From an uncultured Bacteroidota bacterium (GTDB lineage: Bacteria > Bacteroidota > Bacteroidia > JABEUT01): a DNA stretch of 64,000 nucleotides. Every line of letters begins with the position of its first letter. Position 1 is the first letter of the stretch. Below, in pieces: positions 28,661 to 36,480 of this stretch. The notes beneath the pieces are model-generated. The model was not told where the DNA came from. It did no database searches and saw only the letters and a program-made list of their open reading frames with translations. Made by a program: the position numbers and the translations under genes. Location: assembly GCA_963767125.1 (NCBI GenBank), contig CAVYDB010000049.1, positions 125,171-189,170 on the forward strand. Reading direction: 5' to 3'.

Positions 28661-29851
28661 CTAAATGGTTCTCCCCATGGAGGTCGATAATGCCTTACTG
28701 CTCAAAATAAAAATTATAACCAACAAAGCTGCAAGTCCGGTAAGTAAAAAGGTGTAAAATGAACCAGACTGAACCCAAATAAAACCTGCAAGAGAACTTG
28801 CAATCAGGGCGGCTATGCTTTGTAACCCTGAAAACATTCCAATTGCCGTAGCAGTATCTTTTTTGTCACATACCTGGCTTATCCAGGCTTTGGATATGCC
28901 TTCATTACAAGCATAAAATAAACCGTACAGGAAAAATAATAATACATACACATAAGTGCTTTTATTCATGCTCATACCGATATAAACCAACGTAAAAATT
29001 ATTAATCCGACAATAAATATTTTTTTTATCCCGATTTTATCTGCTATAATTCCTACCGGAAAAGAAGCAAGTGCATATACAATATTATAAAATATGTAAA
29101 TGCCTATTAGCATTATATCACTCGTGTGGGTTTCCTTCATTTTTAATATCAGGAAAGCATCGGAACTATTAAACAGCGTAAAAAAAATAAGTCCTGCAAC
29201 TAATGACTTATAGGCCGGTGAACTTCGTTTCCAATAATCAAATTTAGGGAATAGCCGTATCTGCATTTTTGGGAAATGTTGTTTCTCGGTTTTTGTGTCT
29301 TTTATAAAGAAGGTAAGGGATACGGCAATAATTCCCGGAAAAACAGAGAAGAGGAAAAGATTGCGATAATTTCCAGGGTGAAAAACCAGAAAAATTAATG
29401 CAATAGACGGACCAATAGCAGCGCCCACAGTATCCATTGCCCTGTGAAAGCCGAATACTTTACCACGGTCTTCATGGGCAGATTCATCTGAGAGTACCGC
29501 ATCTCTGGCACCTGTGCGCAGCCCCTTCCCTACCTTATCGAAAGTGCGCCCAAGCAATACCCAAAAAGGATTAATAATGAATACTACCATTGGCTTGGAT
29601 ATGGCACTAAGACCATATCCCCATTGTACGAAGGGAGCACGTTTTCCGGTTGAATCTGATAGTTTCCCGAAATAACCCTTGCTAAGCCCGGCAACAGCCT
29701 CTGCCATTCCTTCCAAAATGCCTATAATCAAAACTGAAAATCCAATGGATTTAAGATAAAGCGGCATAACAGGGATAAGCATTTCGCTTGCCACATCATT
29801 AAACAGGCTTATAAGCGAAAGAATCCATATTGTGCGGGTAATGGCTTTCAT
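28661..29851 (-). CDS. MFS transporter
   Basis: It has twelve predicted TM helices with an MFS-like loop motif (GKLSDSTGKR). Confidence 0.8.
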   Translation of the reverse strand: MKAITRTIWILSLISLFNDVASEMLIPVMPLYLKSIGFSVLIIGILEGMAEAVAGLSKGYFGKLSDSTGKRAPFVQWGYGLSAISKPMVVFIINPFWVLLGRTFDKVGKGLRTGARDAVLSDESAHEDRGKVFGFHRAMDTVGAAIGPSIALIFLVFHPGNYRNLFLFSVFPGIIAVSLTFFIKDTKTEKQHFPKMQIRLFPKFDYWKRSSPAYKSLVAGLIFFTLFNSSDAFLILKMKETHTSDIMLIGIYIFYNIVYALASFPVGIIADKIGIKKIFIVGLIIFTLVYIGMSMNKSTYVYVLLFFLYGLFYACNEGISKAWISQVCDKKDTATAIGMFSGLQSIAALIASSLAGFIWVQSGSFYTFLLTGLAALLVIIFILSSKALSTSMGRTI

Positions 29852-30129
29852 CCTGTTTACAAAAGTAATAGATTACTTAGGAATTTTCAAAAGCAAGGTA
29901 TTTGCCTAAACTTAAAAATATTGACAAAAATATTGAACTTACTTTTGACTCTGTAAGACAACTTATTAATAACCATAAATTGGCTGAAAACCTGCCTGAT
30001 AAATGTCTAATAGAATTTATTGAAAAGGGTACCCTCTGCATACAAAAAAGGAGCTTGAAGAAAAGAAGTTAATAAGGTGGAGCATAATTTTGAATTAATC
30101 AGAAACCTTATTTAACTCTCTGCTGAATG

Positions 30130-30205
30130 GGGCTAAAGCCATTTATACTATGCTATTCGTTTTCCATCAGCTAAAGCAGACGGCACATAAGAGAAACGGC
30201 ACAAA
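30130..30205 (+). repeat. REP-like intergenic repeat, whose near-identical copy lies inverted at 48510..48588
   Basis: GGGCTAAAGCC...TCAGCTAAAGCAGACGGCA...GAGAAACGGCACAAA matches the reverse complement of 48510-48588. Confidence 0.6.
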
Positions 30206-30225
30206 ACGGCACAGGCTCGGAGGAG

Positions 30226-30888
30226 TCAAGGACAGTATATAGTATCCCTGTTACTTACCAAGTCAATTCGAAAGATATAAAACCACCCTTGATCTAAATT
30301 TTCTGTAGTATCCCTTGCAATTTCTTTTGAGTATCTAACATTAAAATTTACCGTATCACAATAACCACTATTACAATCTGTGTAGCAGACAATATTACCC
30401 GATGTATTGAATATAATATTATACTCATTCTCAGGAATCTTACCGTCAACTGCAATGAACGAATAATATTCATCACCTTTATATTTGAATGAGCCAACGT
30501 CATAAATTGTGTATCTTAGAAATCCCGTATTGCTTGTAGGCTTTATTATTAAATCAAGACCATGTTTTATTGTGGTAGTTAGTGTCTCGTTTTTAAAAAA
30601 ATTAAAATCTTGTGATATCACCCTATGATCATCAGGCAGGTATTTATTCGTGATACAAAGAAATTTAGTTCTAATCACTAAATAATTAGAAGTGTCGAGT
30701 AATTGAAATTCAGCATCATAAGTTAGAATACTGTCAGCACTAAGGCTAACGAATTTAAACTTAACCCGCGAGTTCCGGTCAGTGGATATTATTTCTATTT
30801 TTTGTGATTGAACATTACTCTTATTTTTATGAGTATAACAGCCACTTAAAAATATGGATATACTTAAAATAAAAAACTTTCTGCTCAT
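30226..30888 (-). CDS. Hypothetical lipoprotein
   Basis: It has a signal peptide plus lipobox (MSRKFFILSISIFLSGC). The start was chosen at the internal ATG. Confidence 0.5.
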   Translation of the reverse strand: MSRKFFILSISIFLSGCYTHKNKSNVQSQKIEIISTDRNSRVKFKFVSLSADSILTYDAEFQLLDTSNYLVIRTKFLCITNKYLPDDHRVISQDFNFFKNETLTTTIKHGLDLIIKPTSNTGFLRYTIYDVGSFKYKGDEYYSFIAVDGKIPENEYNIIFNTSGNIVCYTDCNSGYCDTVNFNVRYSKEIARDTTENLDQGWFYIFRIDLVSNRDTIYCP

Positions 30889-31057
30889 TTTTCTTGATTC
30901 TCCCGCTAGACGAAGGCTATGTTTTCGCAATTTTAGTACCTCAAAGCTACAAAAATAATGTGACGAAAGGACAGAGATTGCTTCGCAAAGCCTCGCAATG
31001 ACGGGATCCCATAGGAAATAAAACGTCCCGCAGAATTGCGGGACAGGAATGCGGCAA

Positions 31058-32095
31058 CTACTCCACCATTATTTCATCAATAAAAATCCAGGCGTCGCCG
31101 CCTGCACCTTCATGCCATGCGGGTAGTTTGCCATAGTTTTTGGCAAATACTTTTATATACCGGGCATTTTGCGGGGCAATAGCTTCTCCAAAGGTTTGAA
31201 TATTCGCTGTATAGTCATTATCGGGTAACAAATTTACTTTATGTATCAGGGGGATATAATTGGTATTATCGGTAGAAATAGAAATATCTACAAAGCGCGG
31301 CATCAATATCCAACTGCCAACATCCTGCAAAAATTCAGCTCCTAATTTTTTCACCACCTGAATTTTTCCTAAGTCAACTATGGCTTCAAAGTCTTTCCCT
31401 TCGTACCCCTGCCAGCTTCCCGTGCTAAAATCAGTCGTGCCATGCTGGTAGTCAATCAGGGTGACAGGTCCATCAGCAAGGTAGGGAGCATCGGGCTGGG
31501 AAAGCAAGCTTATGGTTCTTCCCTTTGGGATTTTTGTGTAGGAAGCGGTGTTTTCCATACTGCCCTTTCCATCCCTCGTGAGCCAGCACATTACAGTCCC
31601 CGAAGTACGGAGATAGAAAGGAGTCTTATATAGTTCGGGAATACCTGCCCTGTTCGAATCAATAATAGTGTACCGAATAGTATCGCGGGAGGTATAGCCT
31701 TCAAGAGCCACTTGTACCGAATCGGAAAAAGTTATAGATCCGCTTTTAAAATACGGCTCGGGAACCACATCATTAAAGCTGATGGAATCCACCGGAACAT
31801 TATCTCCCGTGCCCCATGTTCCATCATGCTTATCGTCAATCCATAAGTCAAGGGTTCCTCCTTTGGTTATTTCTTCATACGGAATAAAGGATTGCTTATG
31901 GTCATTGCCATTCAATTTTGCTGAAATAATATATTTGGCATTGGGTTTGATAAAATGCGAAACGATAGAGAATGTTTTTCCATTTTCCATATTTATTTTC
32001 ACAGTATCGAAAAGGGGAGAAGTAAGAATAAACTGGTTATCGCCCGGGCAAACCTGGTATATTCCTATGGACGCCAACACATACCATGCAGACAT
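31058..32095 (-). CDS. C-terminal ORF fragment of the GH92 alpha-mannosidase, including the F5/8 type C domain
   Basis: See the pseudogene entry. Confidence 0.5.
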   Translation of the reverse strand: MSAWYVLASIGIYQVCPGDNQFILTSPLFDTVKINMENGKTFSIVSHFIKPNAKYIISAKLNGNDHKQSFIPYEEITKGGTLDLWIDDKHDGTWGTGDNVPVDSISFNDVVPEPYFKSGSITFSDSVQVALEGYTSRDTIRYTIIDSNRAGIPELYKTPFYLRTSGTVMCWLTRDGKGSMENTASYTKIPKGRTISLLSQPDAPYLADGPVTLIDYQHGTTDFSTGSWQGYEGKDFEAIVDLGKIQVVKKLGAEFLQDVGSWILMPRFVDISISTDNTNYIPLIHKVNLLPDNDYTANIQTFGEAIAPQNARYIKVFAKNYGKLPAWHEGAGGDAWIFIDEIMVE

Positions 32096-32635
32096 TTGTC
32101 CGCAATCTTCATTGCCGCAAATCCATCGGCGCCGGAACTGTACATCTTTTCAATTTCATGCACATACTCTGTGGTCTTCCAGGGCTTGCCGAGGTAGTTG
32201 AATAAAAATGCCATGTGGTGGCTGGGTTCGTTACCTTGTGCATATTGCCCAATCATCCCTGTTATATCAGCCTGTTCCCTGCCTGTAGTTTTTGATGAAA
32301 CATGAAAAAGGCTATCTAATTTCTGAGCCATTTTTTCCTTGCCTCCATATAATTCAATCAAGCCACTAATATCATCGGGAGGATTAAAAGTATATTGCCA
32401 TGCATTAGCTTCGGTGTAATTAAAATCTACTTGCCGCGGGTCAAATGGATTGTACCAGGCACCATTTCTTTTCGCCCTCATAAAGCCGGTTGTGGGGTCA
32501 AAAAGGTTTTTATAATTTTCAGCGAGTAATTTATATTCGAGATAATCTTCTTTCTTTCCAATTGCTTTTGCAAATTGAGATATGCACCAGTCATCGTAAG
32601 AATATTCCAGTGTTTTAGAAACAGATTCCCTTTCT

Positions 32636-33988
32636 TTATCCGAAGGGATATATCCATAACTGCGGAATGAATGCAGTCCCGCGCCATCTTGCTTCAGCGC
32701 TATGCTCCATAGCTTTCAGGGCTTCTTCCGCATCAAAGCCGCGAATGCCTTTCATGTATGCATCTACAATCACAGGAACGGAATGGTATCCTATCATGCA
32801 ATTGGTTTCATTTGCCGAAAGCTCCCATATCGGCAGCTTTCCGCCTTGTTCATATTGTCGTAAAAATGTTTGAATGAATTGCACATCGAGTGAAGGTTTG
32901 ATTAATGTCATCAGCGGATGCTCTGCCCTATATGTATCCCACAAAGAGAAAACGGTATATACATTATATCCTTTGGCAACGTGCATTCTGAAGTCACGAC
33001 CGAGGTATTCACCATTCACATCGGTATATAAACTTGGATGAATGGCAGTATGATAAAGGGCTGAATAAAATGTGGTGAGCAGGGCTTTATCTTTGGAAGA
33101 GACCTGTATTTTATTCAGGTAATCATTCCATGCTGCTTCCGTTTTGTGCCGTATTCCATCAAAATCCCATGCCGGTATTTCGGCTCTTAGATTCAGGGCG
33201 GCATTAGCTGCGCTCACACCTGAAATTCCAATTTTCACTAAAATTTCATCGCTATGTTTAAAGCCAAAAGCTACTTTAATATTTTTAGCATCATAATTAT
33301 TTTTGAAAGCAATTAATTTATTTTCGTGAAATAATTCTTTGCTTGCAATTGGTTTTGAAAACCGTATATCGAAATACACCATTTGATTTTTTGCCCAGGC
33401 TTTGGAGCGGCGGTAACCACTAACTTCCGTATCACTTACAAAAGTAATTTGAGAACCCAGTACCTCATCCCGGTGTTGCAGGTCAAGTACAATAATGCAG
33501 GAATCTTTTTTAGTGAATGTGTACCGATGAATTCCCGCTCTTTCTCCTACTGTGAGCTCTGCTTTTATATTGCCATTTTTAAGTAAAACAGAATAATATC
33601 CGGGCGTGGCTTTTTCATTTTTATGGGAAAAGGAGGAAGTATAAGAACCAATGGTTTCTCCAGCAGCTTCTTTTTTATTTACCAATTTGGGAACAGGCAT
33701 CAGCAAAATATCTCCCCAATCAGAACAGCCCGTGCCGCTTAAATGGGTATGGGTGAAACCATAAATAACACTATCGGAATAATGATACCCGGAGCAGCCA
33801 TCCCAGCCTGTGAGGCGGGTATCAGGGCTTAGCTGCATCATACCAAACGGATAACATGCCCCCGGAAAAGTATGCCCGTGTCCGGCAGTTCCAACAAAAG
33901 GATTTACATAATTTGTACGGTCTTTTTGTTGTTGGGCAAAGGTGAATCCAAAAACGAAAGAAGCAATTACGCAGAGAGAATATTTCAT
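32636..33988 (-). CDS. N-terminal ORF fragment of the GH92 alpha-mannosidase (signal peptide plus N-terminal and catalytic-domain start)
   Basis: See the pseudogene entry. Confidence 0.5.
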   Translation of the reverse strand: MKYSLCVIASFVFGFTFAQQQKDRTNYVNPFVGTAGHGHTFPGACYPFGMMQLSPDTRLTGWDGCSGYHYSDSVIYGFTHTHLSGTGCSDWGDILLMPVPKLVNKKEAAGETIGSYTSSFSHKNEKATPGYYSVLLKNGNIKAELTVGERAGIHRYTFTKKDSCIIVLDLQHRDEVLGSQITFVSDTEVSGYRRSKAWAKNQMVYFDIRFSKPIASKELFHENKLIAFKNNYDAKNIKVAFGFKHSDEILVKIGISGVSAANAALNLRAEIPAWDFDGIRHKTEAAWNDYLNKIQVSSKDKALLTTFYSALYHTAIHPSLYTDVNGEYLGRDFRMHVAKGYNVYTVFSLWDTYRAEHPLMTLIKPSLDVQFIQTFLRQYEQGGKLPIWELSANETNCMIGYHSVPVIVDAYMKGIRGFDAEEALKAMEHSAEARWRGTAFIPQLWIYPFG

Positions 33989-34409
33989 ATTGATTTTTTG
34001 TAACCCTGCAAAGATAGGTGAAAGGGAAAGAATGGAAATACTGATATATCGCCCCGATGGGGCTTTGCGGTTCTATACTATCTACTTTTCTATTACTATG
34101 TTGTCCCTACGGGACACTCCGTTAGGAGTGAAATCGCAATAGAAAATAGTAAGTGTAAAGTGTTAGGCACTCCGTAGGAGTGCAATAATTAGTTACATTA
34201 GCATCGTGAAAAAGGAAAAAATATTTGACGCCGTTCAAATGGTTCGTGAAATAAGAGAGGCTATGTTTAAGCAAGCCACTGACCCGAATTTTAACCCTAA
34301 AGAATTTCAACAGATAAAATAAAAGTGGAAGAAACTTTTTGAATTGCAAGAAAAAGTATTCAATCCAAATCCTTTTTGAGGCAATACATCTTTAATGACG
34401 CATCATTTA

Positions 34410-34950
34410 CTATTTGAGATATGTCCTCAATAATTTTACTTTCATCATAACGCTATCATTTAGATATACCGATTTCTTTAAGTCTAATATTGCTTCTGCA
34501 ATATCTGAAGGCTTATAGAAATAATAATTTTTGTCATTTAGAAAAGTTTGAATATCTTCATAATATTTCCCATATATTCGTCCCGCCGCTAAGGCATATT
34601 TGATTATGGTTTTTTCATTTATGAACTTTCTTTCGATAAAGGATTTACGGAGTTTTTCTGTAACGATTTTCTGATAAATAAAATTATTAAGAAGCCTATA
34701 CCGATTTTTCGTTTTCTTTCTTGTTCCGTTTAATCCGCCAATTTCAACACCATCTGAATCCAGGAAGGATTTAACCTCAACTAATACTAATTCATTATCT
34801 GCTGAATTGAAGGCAACTAAATCAATTTCAGGGGTAGGCATTGTAGAGGTACCTATTTTCTTCTTTACTAATTTCAACTTTTACAGACTGTTTTACCCAA
34901 TATCCTAAGCTATCCAGGTATATTGCCACAATTGACTCAAATGCATCCAT
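34410..34950 (-). pseudogene. YraN/UPF0102-like PD-(D/E)xK nuclease-fold protein with an apparent frameshift near 34870
   Basis: The upstream frame reads MDAFESIVAIYLDSLGYWVKQSVKV. The downstream frame reads ...TPEIDLVAFNSADNELVLVEVKSF (D...E.K motif). Together they reconstitute the YraN pattern (YL...GY.I.....GEIDLIA...LVFVEVK). Confidence 0.4.
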
Positions 34951-34999
34951 AACGGTAGGTATTTATAATTCTCAAACTTAGAAAGTAAAGATAGTAAAA

Positions 35000-35644
35000 C
35001 TATTTTACCATAATCTCATTCAGCACCCCCGCTATTTCCCCCGTTAGCATCTTCCTTGAATACTTTTCAATATTCACACTCTCACAAGGGAGGTTTCCTT
35101 GTTTGTATTTATTATAAAAATAAAGAATATTAGTTTCCAATGTCTGGCTGTCTTCATAGCCTGAAATTAATCCGCCTTTTGTCTCTGTGAGGATTTTCTC
35201 TGCATCGCCGCCTTTAGGACCAATGCATAATATGGGTCTTTTAGCAGCGAGGTATTCAAATAGTTTACCAGTAGTTATTCCCATAGCATTGGGAGTATTA
35301 TTAATAAGTAATAACAATACCTGCGATTTTTTTTGCACCTGAGTAACTTCTGCATGAGTGAGGTAAGGAGTCTTTTCGAGATAAGGTAAAAGCCCATTAT
35401 TTTCTATGTCTTCGGTGACTGCTATATCAGTTTTACCAACTAACTTTATTTGCAGGTCATTAGCCAACGTTGTATTTTTCTTTACAATATCCGAAAGTGT
35501 TTTCCAGAGTATTCCGGGGTTACGGCTTTTGTCTAATGTGCCTACATACACAATACTGAATTTTTTATCTATCTCCACTTTTGCATCCGAATAATCATCG
35601 GGGTCAAAGCCATTGGAGATAAAACGGAATTTCTTGCTACTCAC
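35000..35644 (-). CDS. Glycosyltransferase family 4, C-terminal half (Glycos_transf_1), reached only with a non-ATG start
   Basis: ...FRFISNGFDPDDY...GKLFEYLAAKRPILCIG... is the retaining-GT C-terminal domain. It overlaps the upstream half by 4 bp in the -1 frame. Confidence 0.55.
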   Translation of the reverse strand: MSSKKFRFISNGFDPDDYSDAKVEIDKKFSIVYVGTLDKSRNPGILWKTLSDIVKKNTTLANDLQIKLVGKTDIAVTEDIENNGLLPYLEKTPYLTHAEVTQVQKKSQVLLLLINNTPNAMGITTGKLFEYLAAKRPILCIGPKGGDAEKILTETKGGLISGYEDSQTLETNILYFYNKYKQGNLPCESVNIEKYSRKMLTGEIAGVLNEIMVK

Positions 35645-36357
35645 CCCCGACCCCTCTCTACGAGTAGAGAGGGGGAAGTAGCTTTGCCTTTTTTGTATAA
35701 ATCTTCCAACTCATCCAACCAGGTTTGCCCCACACAGGTAACTACATCGGCATCATTCAACACACCTAACTCTAACCGTTTGTGTTTATGGTCGGCAAAG
35801 GAGGTTAGCATAAGCTTGGAATAAAAATCAATATTCGTCCAGGGGTCCCTAAAATCAGCCATCCAGGGGATATTCAGCTTCTTTTTGAGTCCTTGTGCAA
35901 TAAGGTGCATACTATGCGGAGGACCCGTTGAAATTACTGCGTCCACCGGATTATCTTTTAAATAAGTTGTGAGATATTGGATAGATGGTTTCACCCAAAA
36001 TTTTCGTGCATCTGGTATAAAAAAGTTACCTCGTATCCAAACAGCAATCTTTTCAAATTTTTTAGGTTTCTTTGATTCGGTAAGGAAAGCAGCGTTTACC
36101 TTCTGGTCTTTTTTCTGCCCAATAAATATTTTATAAAAATTATAAGGTTCCCATATTTTGGTTTTTAGTACCGTCAGGTTTTTGGGAATATCTTTCTCCA
36201 ATGAAGAGTCATTATTAGGTGATTCCGGATTTTCAGGAGTGTATATAATAGGTTCCCAGCCATACTCACGCAGGTATTTAGTGAATTTCAACCATCGCTG
36301 AACACCGGCACCTCCGCTGGGAGGCCAGTAATATGTAATGATTAAAACCTTTTTCAT
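35641..36357 (-). CDS. Glycosyltransferase family 4, N-terminal half (Glyco_trans_4-like), ending prematurely at a palindrome
   Basis: MKKVLIITYYWPPSGGAGVQRWLKFTKYL... matches a widespread ~450-aa Bacteroidota GT4 protein; the ORF stops at 35641. Confidence 0.6.
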   Translation of the reverse strand: MKKVLIITYYWPPSGGAGVQRWLKFTKYLREYGWEPIIYTPENPESPNNDSSLEKDIPKNLTVLKTKIWEPYNFYKIFIGQKKDQKVNAAFLTESKKPKKFEKIAVWIRGNFFIPDARKFWVKPSIQYLTTYLKDNPVDAVISTGPPHSMHLIAQGLKKKLNIPWMADFRDPWTNIDFYSKLMLTSFADHKHKRLELGVLNDADVVTCVGQTWLDELEDLYKKGKATSPSLLVERGRG

Positions 36358-36367
36358 GTATGATTAC

Positions 36368-36480
36368 GGGATGGAACGCAGATGACGCTGATTGTTTATG
36401 ATGAGCACGGATAATAATAATACACCTAAATTATTGAAATCATTTTTAATCATAAACAATCAGCGTCACCTGCGTTCTAT
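36368..36480. repeat. MITE-like element with 29-bp near-perfect inverted-repeat arms (GAACGCAGATGACGCTGATTGTTTATGAT) flanking a ~47-bp AT-rich spacer
   Basis: The arms match 28 of 29 positions. The arm core GAACGCAGATGACGCWGATT recurs at 42767-42866. Confidence 0.6.

Larger units (their letters stand above)
31058..33988 (-). pseudogene. GH92 alpha-mannosidase with a C-terminal F5/8 type C (discoidin/CBM32-like) domain, interrupted by two apparent 1-nt frameshifts near 32700 and 32113
   Basis: Three consecutive ORFs (32636-33988, 32065-~32700, 31058-32095) translate to contiguous GH92 sequence: ...NYVNPFVGTAGHGHTFPGA..., then ...GYIPSDKERESVSKT...MRAKRNGAWYNP..., then GNEDCGQMSAWYVLASIGIYQVCPG... 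Restoring one T at ~32113 gives the consensus GFCGNEDCG. Confidence 0.6.

Noticed and set aside
34201-34325. 45-codon plus-strand ORF (V/MKKEKIFDAVQMVREIREAMFKQATDPNFNPKEFQQIK) in the intergenic region
   Set aside because: It has a non-ATG start and no detectable family. It could be a gene remnant, but the evidence is too weak to call a CDS.
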